This document shows, in pieces, positions 21,201 to 32,494 of a stretch of 64,000 bases of DNA. Positions within the stretch are counted from its first letter, which is position 1, and the number at the start of each line of letters is the position of its first letter. Location of the stretch: assembly GCA_000004985.1 (NCBI GenBank), contig GG738921.1; one strand, written 5' to 3'. Position numbers and translations under genes: made by a program. Origin of the DNA: Naegleria gruberi (Eukaryota). Under the pieces are notes generated by a model that saw nothing but the letters and a program-made list of their open reading frames with translations, searched no databases and had not been told where the DNA came from.

Positions 21201-22020
21201 GTATGAACCAGTTATATTTGATAGTGTGTCTCGAGCAAAGAGGGAAAATTTTTCAATCTTTTGTGAAACATTGGAAAGTACTAATGACATAATAGAATCA
21301 TCAAAATAACTAGGGTTGATAACCAAAACTGTTAAATTTGGACATTGTTGTGTGATATCCTCAATATTCTTGCGTGTTAGTGGATAGCTAGAACGAAACT
21401 CTGTCAAAGATTGAGGAAACCCAATCACGGTTTGATCCATTTCTTCTTCATGGAGGTTTAGTTCAGATAAAAGGCTTATCAACTCGAGAGTTTTTAAATT
21501 TTTAAACTCTTTCAACAAGTGAAAATATTCAGTTTTAAGATTAGTAAGTGTCAATACTGTCAAAGATTCCAACAATGGACTTGCATTCATTATCCACTCA
21601 ACAATGAAACTTCCAGAAATACAAGTTGCAGCTCTCAACCTCAACTCTTCCATTGACAATCGTCCAAGCTCACACAAACCCACATCTAAAAAAGCATATA
21701 TTAATCGACCATTCATAAATAATAATAATAAATTGATAACAATTACCTGTTAATGACGAGAACTCCAAAGAATTGAATGTAAACAAATCAATAACCTTCA
21801 ATCGTTTCATCTTGATCAGTAAATTATCCACAACTCCTCCGATCCTATGATTACTCAATCCGATGTGAATAAAGTATTGGGTCTTGTTATTCAGGAAATA
21901 ATACCAGATCCACTCGGCAAAAGTCTTTGAAATAAATCTCATCTGCAACAAGTGGTATTCATTGAAAAAACATAGCAAGTGTTCGGCACACAAATCACAA
22001 GGTAAATTCTGAATTTTCAT
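18294..22020 (-). CDS. F-box / leucine-rich-repeat / MATH-domain protein. Multi-exon, with at least 4 introns. Exact structure is uncertain near 20754-20788.
   Basis: N-terminal F-box LPCDLCAEHLLCFFNEYHLLQMRFISKTFAEWIW (from 22020). An intron near 21745. LRR block (NLKTLELISLLSELNL..., NLTVLVINPS...). A frame switch or tiny intron at 20754-20788. MATH domain YSEPFIQFGHEWVVELLP|DDEDECLGNSTVFLTLNS...HSRKFIMPKASYGIFLDKTHIAAYSTDDDDFLKFKFVV, split by a 45-nt intron (19207..19251, GTATGT...AAACAG). Another GTAAGT intron near 18560-18683. Confidence 0.5.
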
Positions 22021-22703
22021 TTTTTTTTGATTTGATAGGAAATCTTTGTTAAACTGGAATGAAATTGTAATATCTAAATAATTTAAATATTAAATTATTT
22101 AATATTTAAATATTCAATTTTACATGATACAATTGAGGGGTCCGATCTATTCTTAAATTCATCCTCACAATATTCCTCGCACGAGCATAGAGCTCTTATT
22201 ATCGGGTTTCCAATTTCCTCTCACAACCCTTTCAATTCACCTCTCCATGGAATTTCAATTATTCAACCTTGATCATCACATGGCAACAACCTCTTAATGC
22301 GACAACGAGAAAAAACACGAATAATTTTATTACTCCATCCTCTTCAAAGAAAGGGCGGGTTTTTTTCTTAACGTAAAAAAATACCTCGCAGCGTGCTAAG
22401 CGTTGGAATGTTTCGCACTAAGCAGAGTGCGCAAAGAGAGCACCATCAGCAGATTCCTTAGAGAAGAAGAAGGATGATACTGCTGATGGAAGGCTTTGCT
22501 CTCTATTCTTCTTCTAAAAGGTGGTGAAGGAGGACAATGTGTTGTGAGGATTATTTGTTTTTGAATGAATAGTTGAAATTGTACGTCGCTGATTCTCCAA
22601 AACACAATCAGAAAAAACAACAATACAAGAAACTATTAGGTTTCAATATATATTCCGAGTTTTATTGAATATTTGAATCATTAATTGATAATTACTTTGA
22701 AAA

Positions 22704-24776
22704 ATGTCAACAAATAATGAATTGGTTGTTGACGTCCAACAAATTAAGGATGATATGAAACAACAACAGCAACAACAGCCAGAGAGGAAATCAAGAAATC
22801 CCTTCAAGAAAAACAAGAAAAAGGCTGAAAACAAAGAAACAGAAGATATTGTCGATACAAGAGAACCAAATCTCAAATTTAAAGACAGTTTCACAATTTA
22901 CAAAATCATTGGATGGAATTGGATTTTGATATTCTTGGGAAGTATTGGTGCTATGGGAACAGGTGTTATTCCAATTAGGTAAGTTTCAGATATTTGAGTT
23001 TTTGTTACAAACACTTTCAAAGTTTCCAATTTGTTATGGGAGATTTAATCAATGTCTTTTCACCAACACGTGCCGATGGATCCACTGTTACTGCAGCTGA
23101 ACAGAAAGCTGAAATTGGAACATATGCTTCATACTTTGCAATTATTGCAGCTGCAGCTTGTATTGCCAATTTCATGTCTCAATTCTTTTTGAATTGGGCA
23201 AGTGAAAGAATTGGTGTTGCTATTAGAAGTGCTTATTTTGACTCATTGACAGTTCAAGAGATGGGTTTCTTTGATATTAAGAAGGTTGGTGCATTGACCA
23301 TTACTCTTTCTGAAGATATTACTCGTATTCAGGAAGTTTACTCTGTCAAGTTGGCTACCTTACTTCAAAACTTGGCTCAGTTCGTTGTCGGTGTCATTCT
23401 TGCCTTAACATCAGGATGGCAAATGGCCCTCGTCATGATGAGTACAACACCATTAATGATTTTGGGTGTAGTGTTGTTGGGTGGTGTTATCAGAAAGTTG
23501 ACCTTGTCAATTAATAAGGCCAACGATCATAGTGCCTCCATTGCTACTGAAGTGATGGGAGCTATGAGAACTGTAAGATCAATGGCCGGAGAGGAAAAGG
23601 AAAGAGTCAGATACAAGAAGGACTTGACCAAGATGTATTTGGCTGGTATTGGTAAGGCTGTTGCTCAAGGTTCTACTTTTGGTGTTTTGGTTGGTATCTT
23701 GTGGGGTACTACTGCTTTAGGTAAGTTTTTTTATTATTTCAAATTAGCTCAATAATGTTATTTTAGCTTTCTGGTATGGTGGTGGTCTAGTTGTTGATGG
23801 AACCATGAATATTGGATCTATGCTCAAGGTTTTCGGTTTGACATTGTTTGCTATTATTGGTATTTCTCAAGCTGGTTCATTCTTCCCTGATTATGGTAAG
23901 GCCATGGTTTCTCAAAAGACTGTTTTGAAATTATTGAAGAGACAACCAGCTATTATTTTCAAGGGAGGTAAAACTCTTGATACTATCATTGGTAATGTCA
24001 CATTTGAAAATGTTGATTTTGTCTATCCATCACGTCCAAATGCTACTGTCTTGAAGAATTTCAGTTTGGATATTAAGGCAGGTCAAGCTGTTGCTTTGGT
24101 TGGTCCATCTGGTTCAGGTAAATCAACAATTGTTGGTTTATTGGAAAGATTCTACGACCCAGCTCAGGGTAAGGTTTATCTTGATGGTGTTGATATCGCT
24201 GAAATCGATCCAATGTGGCTCCACAAGAATATTGGTATTGTCACTCAAGAACCTGTATTGTTTGCAACCAGCATTTACAAGAATATTGCTTATGCTATTG
24301 GTGAAGAAAATACTACAATGGAAAAGGTTATTGAAGCCGCTAAATCTGCCAACTGTCACAATTTCATTATGGACTTACCAGATGGATACAATACTTTATT
24401 GGGTGAACGTGGTGTCTCACTCTCAGGTGGTCAAAAGCAACGTGTCTGTATTGCTCGTGCCTTATTGCAAAATCCAAAACTTCTCTTATTGGATGAAGCT
24501 ACATCTGCCTTGGATACTGAATCTGAATCTCTCGTTCAAGCTGCTTTGGATTTATTGATGAAGGGTCGTACAACTATTTGTATTGCTCACAGATTGTCAA
24601 CTGTTAAGAACTCTGACAAGATTTGTGTATTGGCTAAGGGTATTTTGAAAGAAACTGGTACTCATGCCGAATTAATGGCCATTGAAAATGGTATCTATAA
24701 GAATTTGGCTGAAAGACAAATGTTGTTCTCTAATGAAAATGCTGATGTTGAAGCAACAATGGAAGTTTTGCAATAA
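22704..24776 (+). CDS. ABC transporter, B-family half-transporter (TMD-NBD). Three exons: join(22704..22978, 23023..23720, 23767..24776).
   Basis: Introns are 44 and 46 nt with GTAAGT donors. TMD with six helices. NBD motifs: Walker A GPSGSGKST, Q-loop, ABC signature LSGGQKQRVCIARAL, Walker B LLLLDEATSALD, H-loop IAHRLST. Confidence 0.85.
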
Positions 24777-24985
24777 TGTAAATATGTAATTTTGGAGAGT
24801 GTAAATAAATTCAATTTCAAAAATTCTTTAGTAATAACAGAGATGGGAAAGGAGAATCATTAATCAACCAATATTCCAGGATAGAGATGTGGCCTTATTC
24901 TACCCATTGAATTCTACAATGGGAAGTGAACAATTTGTAAAAGATTTGATTTAAAACAAGCTTTACAATTTTGATAAAAAACTCT

Positions 24986-27469
24986 TTAATTACTAGTTGA
25001 TCCTTCAGTTAATTCTTTGGCCACTGACTTGACAAGTTTGTAATAAATCAATAAGGCAATAAACAAGATGGCAACTGATACAATAATTACTGATGATGGC
25101 TTGTATCCTGTCAAATTTCTTCTTTGGAACCAATATTTGGTTATTTCCTTATATTGAACATTGGTTTTGATAGCTTCTCCTTCGTTCATTAGGAATCTCT
25201 TGAATGTAAACTTGATTTGACCCTTATTGACAGGGGTGGAATTATAGGTCTGATAATTATTAAAGGACGTATCACATTCGTCAATCCATTCATTTTGAAC
25301 ATCAATAATTTCTCTAACTTTGTGTTGTTGTGTGGCAGAATAGTTTGACTTTTTCTTGGCAAATCTTTTAAGTCCGACAATACTATCAGAGAGGGTATTC
25401 TTTAAAATTCCTGTTTTGCTTTCGTCGATATTTCCTTCAAATTCTGCATACTTGTAATCATCAGGCAAAAGTAAATCAAATTGAAGTTCAGTAATTGGTG
25501 CATCAATTTGAGCAAGTGATACTGAGAGTGTTCCTGAGGAGGCAAGTTTTGTGGATGGTACAGTAAAAGTGAGGTCAATATTCATTGGAGTGGAACCTTC
25601 CTTCTTGGAGAGTGGAATGAGGATGGTCTTTTCATTATCTTTAACTTCTTGACCTGGTTTAATGGTTGCTCCATCACACAAAGTAGACCATACTTCAGAG
25701 CCGTTCAATTCTTCTGGCAATTTGATTCTCAAATATTGTTTGAAAGTATTGTAGCAGTTAAGATTAATCTTGTGGAGGAGCTTATCTCCAGAATGAGTAA
25801 TGGTATAGGTACATTGAGAAATATTTGTGGATAAAACAGACACGTCAGCATGTCTGATGACATCTAATTGCAATTCGTGTTGACTTTCTAAAAATCTATA
25901 ACCCATCAAGATTGGGAATCCACTTTGCTTATGTACATGTGGTAATTCTCCAATGTCTATCTTTCTCAAGAATCTTCTTGACTTTTCTACAATTTCTACA
26001 ACTGTCTTGGCAATAATGGCCATAGTACCAGTTTCTCTTGAAACGTTATGAGTGGAAAGAGAAGGAACTCTTACTAATGCACTAGTACCTCCCATATCAG
26101 CTTCACTCACGACTTCCAAATGGTAGGATCTTTCAATTTCTCTTGTAAAGGTAACAACTAACTTCTTTTTACAGTTTGTAAGAGAGTTGGCTTCTTCTAA
26201 TTGGTCATCCTTGACTTCTTCACTAACCATGTTCCATTCCTTAATATAGCTACCAGAAACAGAGATAATTCTGAATGGCAAATTGTATGGATTGATAGAA
26301 ATTTCCAATGAGGTAATGATTCCATTAACAATAGAGTAATCGAATCTACTCTTTGTATTGATAACACCTTCACCAATCAAACAACTGGAGTCTTGGGTAG
26401 AACTGACAGAAACTGGAAGAACAACCTTTTGTTCCTTTTCTTTTTCTTCCTCTGGCTCCTTTTGGAAGATGAGATCAATGGCTTTTTGTTGAATTTCAGG
26501 AGTCCACAAAATACTGAGATATTGTGTGGATGGAAGTTGAGTGGCAACCTTGGTAACAACTCTATCTTCAATTGTTGTATTGGATTGGTCCAAATAGAGA
26601 GATGGAGTAACTTTCACTTGACACTTTTCATTTTCAATAATGAATTCCAATGTACTGGTGACAGCATTTGGAATAGAAAGTGTGACTTGTCTTGGGGAAG
26701 TTTCATTCTTCAAACATTCAAGGTTAGTATAATTAACATCAACTTTCAATCTAACTTCATAGAGACCAGATGAATCTGTCAACATTATAATTTTACCTTG
26801 ATCAATTGAAACATGGCAATTTACATAATCATTTTCTTCCTTTTCACCCATATACTTTACATTAACTGTCTTGATCACAATACGTTGTTCTACATTACTC
26901 AATAATACACATTGAGTCCATAACTTCTTTGCTAGTAAGAGATTATTTCTTTGAAGAATGGCTTTTTGCTTTTTTGATACATTTTCTAACATATCTACCA
27001 TATACACAATTTCAAATGCACAACTATTTACACGTTCTTCTTCCTTTCCAATAGATTCTGCCAAACTCAAATTTTCCTTCTTGACATAATTTTGCTTTCC
27101 CTTTATATCCATAGATCTGATAATGTATGGTTGATCAGCAGCACTAATCACAGAATCATCGAAATGTTCTTCCAAAAACTTTTGTTGTTGTTGGAATTGT
27201 TGTAAAATCTCCAAATACTTATCAAGTGGAAGGGAAACACTTGGTAAACTGGTAGAAACACCTGATGCTCCACCAACACCTCCAGCTGGAGAATTATTCC
27301 ATTGTTGTGGTTGTTGTGGTGGTGTTATTGATGATTGAGGTGTTGGTTTGCACTCTTTCTTTTGTACTGCCAAAAAGTCGTCACAACCATTTTGTTGATA
27401 GGCAGGTTGTGAGGAGTGAGACCAAACATTAGCCTTTCTATCCTTCATCATTTTAACTTTGTTGAACAT
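24986..27469 (-). CDS. Large (827 aa) hypothetical protein with a single C-terminal transmembrane anchor.
   Basis: Uninterrupted ORF. The N-terminus is hydrophilic and Q/P-rich. C-terminal SVIIVSVAILFIALLIYYKLV followed by a short tail. No catalytic motif recognised. Confidence 0.55.
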   Translation of the reverse strand: MFNKVKMMKDRKANVWSHSSQPAYQQNGCDDFLAVQKKECKPTPQSSITPPQQPQQWNNSPAGGVGGASGVSTSLPSVSLPLDKYLEILQQFQQQQKFLEEHFDDSVISAADQPYIIRSMDIKGKQNYVKKENLSLAESIGKEEERVNSCAFEIVYMVDMLENVSKKQKAILQRNNLLLAKKLWTQCVLLSNVEQRIVIKTVNVKYMGEKEENDYVNCHVSIDQGKIIMLTDSSGLYEVRLKVDVNYTNLECLKNETSPRQVTLSIPNAVTSTLEFIIENEKCQVKVTPSLYLDQSNTTIEDRVVTKVATQLPSTQYLSILWTPEIQQKAIDLIFQKEPEEEKEKEQKVVLPVSVSSTQDSSCLIGEGVINTKSRFDYSIVNGIITSLEISINPYNLPFRIISVSGSYIKEWNMVSEEVKDDQLEEANSLTNCKKKLVVTFTREIERSYHLEVVSEADMGGTSALVRVPSLSTHNVSRETGTMAIIAKTVVEIVEKSRRFLRKIDIGELPHVHKQSGFPILMGYRFLESQHELQLDVIRHADVSVLSTNISQCTYTITHSGDKLLHKINLNCYNTFKQYLRIKLPEELNGSEVWSTLCDGATIKPGQEVKDNEKTILIPLSKKEGSTPMNIDLTFTVPSTKLASSGTLSVSLAQIDAPITELQFDLLLPDDYKYAEFEGNIDESKTGILKNTLSDSIVGLKRFAKKKSNYSATQQHKVREIIDVQNEWIDECDTSFNNYQTYNSTPVNKGQIKFTFKRFLMNEGEAIKTNVQYKEITKYWFQRRNLTGYKPSSVIIVSVAILFIALLIYYKLVKSVAKELTEGSTSN

Positions 27470-27832
27470 TTTGATCAGGTTTTTATAATAATGTTATCTG
27501 TACAATTTTGTTGTTGTTTAGATCAGCAGCCTATCAAGAGAAACCTCCGAAAATATGTGTGTGGTAATAATTTGGAAGATGATCAAATGATATCTTTTTT
27601 TTTTAATTTTCTCTTTGGATGAACTCACCTGGTAAGAGTTCACTCTTCAAAATTGTGTTGACCCAAGGTTCACCACCTGTTAATAATTATTAAATACTTT
27701 ACAAAAAAAATAAAATATTTAATTTAATAATAATAACAATCAATATCAGAATGAATTTTTTTGCATATTATGATTTGACTTCATGCTGGGAATGTACATT
27801 AGATAATTGTGTTCATCTCCTTCAATTAAAAA

Positions 27833-30800
27833 ATGCTCAATGATGACGATGAGGGTAGCACAACCAACAACAGCCTGACCATTTCCTCCTCAGCAAATAA
27901 TAATAGTAACAACAACAACAATAGAAGGAGAGTAGTATTTGTTGTCGATGCAGAGCAACAAAAAGAACACCATACAAATGCTACTACTAATGTAAATAAT
28001 AGTGTGTTGGAAGAGGCTGAACAACAACATAACGATAGACATGTTCATTTTGGGGAATTAGTAACGAGTCATTATCATCATCATATGGACGAACAAACAC
28101 AACAGAAGCCTTCTTCAGAAATGATTGCCGAGGGAGTTAAAAGTTTATCGGTGAGGAAGATTGCAAAGGATAATCTTGTCAAATATAACAAGGTTTATGT
28201 ATCGGATAGGTTGTATTTAAAGTTGAGAAAACAAGCATATAATGAAAGATATTCAGTGGAATCAGTTCGTTTTCCTATTAGTGCTATTGAGGAGAATGTT
28301 ATTTATTTACTTTTGGGAAATGGTGATAATTTGGGAGTGTATCAGTGTTCATTGGAGAATTCCGAATCAAAACCAACAAATTTGAGTGGAAAGAAACAAA
28401 GCTTTTTGAAAAACAACACATCCACTATTGCTTTAAATTATTTTCAACGAGAATCTATGAGTGTACAGGAAAATAGTAATGTAAATATTGTATCATCCTA
28501 TTTGGAGTGTATAGTTGAAGAAAAGTTATTCTCTGACTTTTCTTCTTTCATATTTGGAAATGGTACTAAAGTTACAGTTTTGGAGAGAATATCATTTTCA
28601 ATAACCTCTAATACTTTGTCATCATTATTGCAACAGCGTAATAATGAAAAAGTCAAATTAACAGAAGAATCTTTGAAGGAACAATTTTCACAATTTGTAC
28701 AAAAGTATTTAATTGGCAATGTATTTAAAAAGGATCAACGAGTTGGTATGGAGTATTTGACAAAGAATGGAAATTCTAAAAAGAAGAAGGAAATGATTGA
28801 GTTTATTGTCTCAAATCTAACTTTTTCCAAAAATGATATTTCATTATTTGGGATTATTACTTCAAACACTTCGATAGATATAGAGTTACGACCAACTACC
28901 GTCTCTAAGAATTTTTTGAATAAGGAACGAATTTTTCAAACACAACCAATTATGCAACTATCATGCCAACCTTTACTTTTTACTAACTTGACTAAATATG
29001 ACTGTGTATTCTGCAGTTGTGAACTAATTGAATCTGATAAGATAATGACAAAAGATGGACCATTGCTTCTTTATGCTAGAATAATACCGAGTAACATAAT
29101 TTATAGAGTCATGTTAATGAAAGGAATGGAACCAGGTACTATTCTAATGGGTAAACACCAACGTCAGAACCTTGCCACTAATGTGAATGAGAGTTTGCAA
29201 GTGAAATTTTTCTTTATGGATCCTTCGAGATGTCTTGAGGTTTCAAATGATGAAATGACAAAGAGAGTCAAGGAAAGTAATCCATTCAATTCACTTCAAG
29301 AACCAACTTCATACAATGATAGGCATTTCAGATCTCTTCAGACAATAGTCTTCAAATTGGATGAAACAAATGGAAATAGTATTTCATTCAGTAGTTTGAT
29401 TTCGTATATTTATTACTTTTTCCAATATCACTACTTTGAAATTGGGCAAGAACTTGCCTTCTCGTTAGAATACTCTATCATTAGGATGAAAGTAATATCA
29501 ATCAATGGCGTTGGAGTGCTTAGTATGAACAAGCCAATAGGAGGTTTGCTGGGAAAGAATACTCTTTGTTATTTTGAAAAATCAAGAGCCTTTGAATACA
29601 AGGCAGTTCCATCGCTTGATTTACTAGAGTTGCAACAGAGTGTTCACATAATGAAAGGATCTCTAATATCAGAAAGTGATGGAAACAGTTATTTTGTAAA
29701 TACTCTATGCCCTGAAAAGAGACAACCTCAATGCTTTGAAATTGAAAGATACGAGAAGGCTCCTTCAACAATTAACATAATCCATCATGATCAATATCCT
29801 TCCAAGGATGTTTTTAAGAGAGTTTCCAAGTTTAACAAGTCCTTACAATTTACAAAAATAATTAGATGCACGAATCATAACTCTGATTCAGAAATTAGAC
29901 ATATTGTATTCAATTTGGATTTAAACTCTGTTGAACTATTTGATTCTTATGGAGATAAGGTTGAAACTGTAGAGGAAGCAACAATTAATGAATCAATCAA
30001 TTTCCAAACCTCGGAATTTGCTAAAATTCCAGAATGGCTAAAACTATTCAATACTGGAAGGTTGAAGGCTTGTAAATTTGAAGAGCTAGCAACTCATTCT
30101 GCCACTACTTTTTACATGGACGATTTTGTAATTTTACAGGGAGGATGTGATACACAAGTCAATGAAATACAGCCACAAACAACCTTACTCATCTACTCTA
30201 TCAAGGATAGAAAATTAATCAAGCTGGACGATTCTCAGAACAAAATGTCACTTCAGCATCCTCTTAGTATTTATCACCACTCTGCTAATATTTATGAGAA
30301 CGATAAGCTGCTTCTCTATGGAGGTTTGAATTATGACTCTCAACAGAAAAAGTTTTCATCCTTGAATAATTTGATTCAACTCAATCTGAAAACTTTCGAA
30401 TGGGAATATATTGAAACAAAGAATGAAGGGCCATCTCTCTATTATCATACCTCAACACAAGCTCATGATTCTCTATTTATTTGTGGTGGATGTCACAGTA
30501 GTACTAGAATTACAGAGTATCCTTATTTGTGGGAACTCAATTTATACACATTATTTTGGAGAAAAATCAAAACAGAAGAACCAAAAGAAGATGTCAATAT
30601 TGGATGTTACTGTCTTTCACTACTCAAATTTTGTCCAATATTCTCCCAAATCATCTTCCTCCAAATGCACAGAGAACCAAAGGATGAACACTATGATACC
30701 AACTATTACAAATTATCCAAGTTACAAAAAGGATCCAGACATTTAAAGGTCAGAAAGATTACATTAAGACTGGAAAAGTCACCCCTCAAAGCATATTCCA

Positions 30801-30883
30801 AATGGCTTGCCGTCTTTGAGAGTACTTTCATGCTACCATCAGAGAGATGCACCTATCAGGATGTTCTTTTCCTTCACGAATGA
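27833..30883 (+). CDS. 1016 aa protein with C-terminal Kelch-type beta-propeller repeats. N-terminal N/Q/H-rich low complexity.
   Basis: Single ORF. C-terminal repeats with the pattern ...LLIYSIKDRKLIKLDD..., ...LLLYGGLNYDSQQK..., ...LFICGGCHSS... W/GG-containing blades are characteristic of Kelch repeats. Confidence 0.55.
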   Translation: MLNDDDEGSTTNNSLTISSSANNNSNNNNNRRRVVFVVDAEQQKEHHTNATTNVNNSVLEEAEQQHNDRHVHFGELVTSHYHHHMDEQTQQKPSSEMIAEGVKSLSVRKIAKDNLVKYNKVYVSDRLYLKLRKQAYNERYSVESVRFPISAIEENVIYLLLGNGDNLGVYQCSLENSESKPTNLSGKKQSFLKNNTSTIALNYFQRESMSVQENSNVNIVSSYLECIVEEKLFSDFSSFIFGNGTKVTVLERISFSITSNTLSSLLQQRNNEKVKLTEESLKEQFSQFVQKYLIGNVFKKDQRVGMEYLTKNGNSKKKKEMIEFIVSNLTFSKNDISLFGIITSNTSIDIELRPTTVSKNFLNKERIFQTQPIMQLSCQPLLFTNLTKYDCVFCSCELIESDKIMTKDGPLLLYARIIPSNIIYRVMLMKGMEPGTILMGKHQRQNLATNVNESLQVKFFFMDPSRCLEVSNDEMTKRVKESNPFNSLQEPTSYNDRHFRSLQTIVFKLDETNGNSISFSSLISYIYYFFQYHYFEIGQELAFSLEYSIIRMKVISINGVGVLSMNKPIGGLLGKNTLCYFEKSRAFEYKAVPSLDLLELQQSVHIMKGSLISESDGNSYFVNTLCPEKRQPQCFEIERYEKAPSTINIIHHDQYPSKDVFKRVSKFNKSLQFTKIIRCTNHNSDSEIRHIVFNLDLNSVELFDSYGDKVETVEEATINESINFQTSEFAKIPEWLKLFNTGRLKACKFEELATHSATTFYMDDFVILQGGCDTQVNEIQPQTTLLIYSIKDRKLIKLDDSQNKMSLQHPLSIYHHSANIYENDKLLLYGGLNYDSQQKKFSSLNNLIQLNLKTFEWEYIETKNEGPSLYYHTSTQAHDSLFICGGCHSSTRITEYPYLWELNLYTLFWRKIKTEEPKEDVNIGCYCLSLLKFCPIFSQIIFLQMHREPKDEHYDTNYYKLSKLQKGSRHLKVRKITLRLEKSPLKAYSKWLAVFESTFMLPSERCTYQDVLFLHE

Positions 30884-30987
30884 ATGAAACAATTAAAAAG
30901 AAACTGAAAAGTAAATCTTCCTTCAACTCTCAATTCCTGAACGATTTTTCGGCCGTTATTTAAAAACATTTTAAAAATTTAAAAAAA

Positions 30988-32315
30988 ATGGAGCCACACA
31001 TCATTGAGGAGAGGGAAGTTCCTAAAGCCTATTTACTTAAATCAGCCTCGGTGCCGAAGCCTATGGGATTTCTGGATAGGTTTGAAGTGAGAAGTGTAGC
31101 TAGGGATTTTTCACTGTTGGAAAATTTACGAGATGAGGATAAAGTTTGTAGTGGTAGGTAATCTTGGATAATTATGTGATGGAAATAATATGTGGATGAA
31201 TAATAACAAAATAGATGATTCGGAAATGGTTGGAATAGAATGCCAGGATGACATGATGTTGTACTTTACAGGATTTCTAGTACTCCCATCAAATGCTAAT
31301 AAATTTCATGAGAATCCATCAAACACTAGTATATTGGATAGAGATGAAAATAGAATTTATTACTTGATGTGTTCACCGAGTAGAATGTGGTCGTTTGATT
31401 ATTCGGAAGATTTACGAGGAGTGTGGTTTGAAAATGATAATGGATGGTACAAGTTATTAAATCCAAGCAAAAAGTATGCTCCGATCTATGCCCCATTCAA
31501 AGCAGTAAGTGTTGTTCTGGTTAATACTTTATTAATTGTGATAATCTTTTGCTGAAATATATTGGAAATTTAATTATTAGAAATGTGATTTGTGGTTGTC
31601 ACTTCATGAAGTTTTACAGTCTAACTTTTCGTCCACAATCAGTCAAGTAGTAGGGATGTTAGATGAGGATAAATATACAGAAAAAAACATTCTAGATAAT
31701 GCTCAATTTATTCTCACCAATTGTTCAAATACTCAGGATGAATCAGGCAAGAAATTTTCTTCGTCTGTTTTTGCTGTGGAGCTGAGGAAAAAAATTGCTG
31801 AAATCGCATCAAATGAGAAGAAACATCCTAAAGTTAAATCTGAACCTATTAGTAGTACTACTGTAAAAAAGAGGGAACGTGTGGAAGTTGAAGTCCCAAC
31901 CAAAAAATCAAAAATCAAAAAAGCTTCAAAAAAAACCTCTCTCATCAATCCAATTTTAATAGACTCATTCAATACGGCAAAACAAAAATGGAAAAAAGAA
32001 GCTGAGGATGGAGAACTTTCAGATAGTGGAGATCGTAACATTATTATTTTTCCTACAACACTTTGTAATTATTGTAACAAACACAGACACAATTTCATTG
32101 CCTGCGCCAAATGTGAAGAATATCAATTGTGTTCTGTTTGTTTCATAAATCTCGAATTGGATCAGCAAGTGAAAAAGAAAAATCTAAAGAATGGAAAGAC
32201 AGCATTTGATTATTGTGGAGAAAACTCATTATTTACATGTAGACCTTGTTTTGAACGTGGAGATAGTGATTCATCTTCTGATTCTGGAAGCTTTAACCTA
32301 GATGATGAAAGTTAG
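30988..32315 (+). CDS. Protein with a DNMT1-RFD-like (replication-foci-domain-like) region and a C-terminal Cys-rich zinc-finger-like module. Three exons: join(30988..31153, 31215..31504, 31581..32315).
   Basis: Introns are 61 nt (GTAGGT...AATAG) and 76 nt (GTAAGT...TATTAG). Frames verified. The RFD-like segment MWSFDYSEDLRGVWFENDNGWYKLLNPSKKYAPIYAPF resembles the DNMT1 RFD core (...WYrL.kPsk.Yap.y). C-terminal CNYCNKHRHNFIACAKCEEYQLCSVCF...CGENSLFTCRPCF. Confidence 0.5.
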
Positions 32316-32494
32316 ATTTGATTATCAATCAAATAATCAATGAAAACTAACAATACGGAAGGAAATATTCAATTTTAACAAGATTAAGAAGATTGAATAG
32401 AGAAGTGACAATAGAAAAGAGTAAATAATTTTACCCTGCCATCAAACCAAACATTAACACGAAGCCAAAATTGATTGTTGTAAAACAAAAAAAA

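Noticed and set aside
24091-24558. 155-aa ORF in an alternative frame inside the ABC transporter NBD.
   Set aside because: It overlaps strongly conserved Walker A and signature-motif coding sequence in the real frame.
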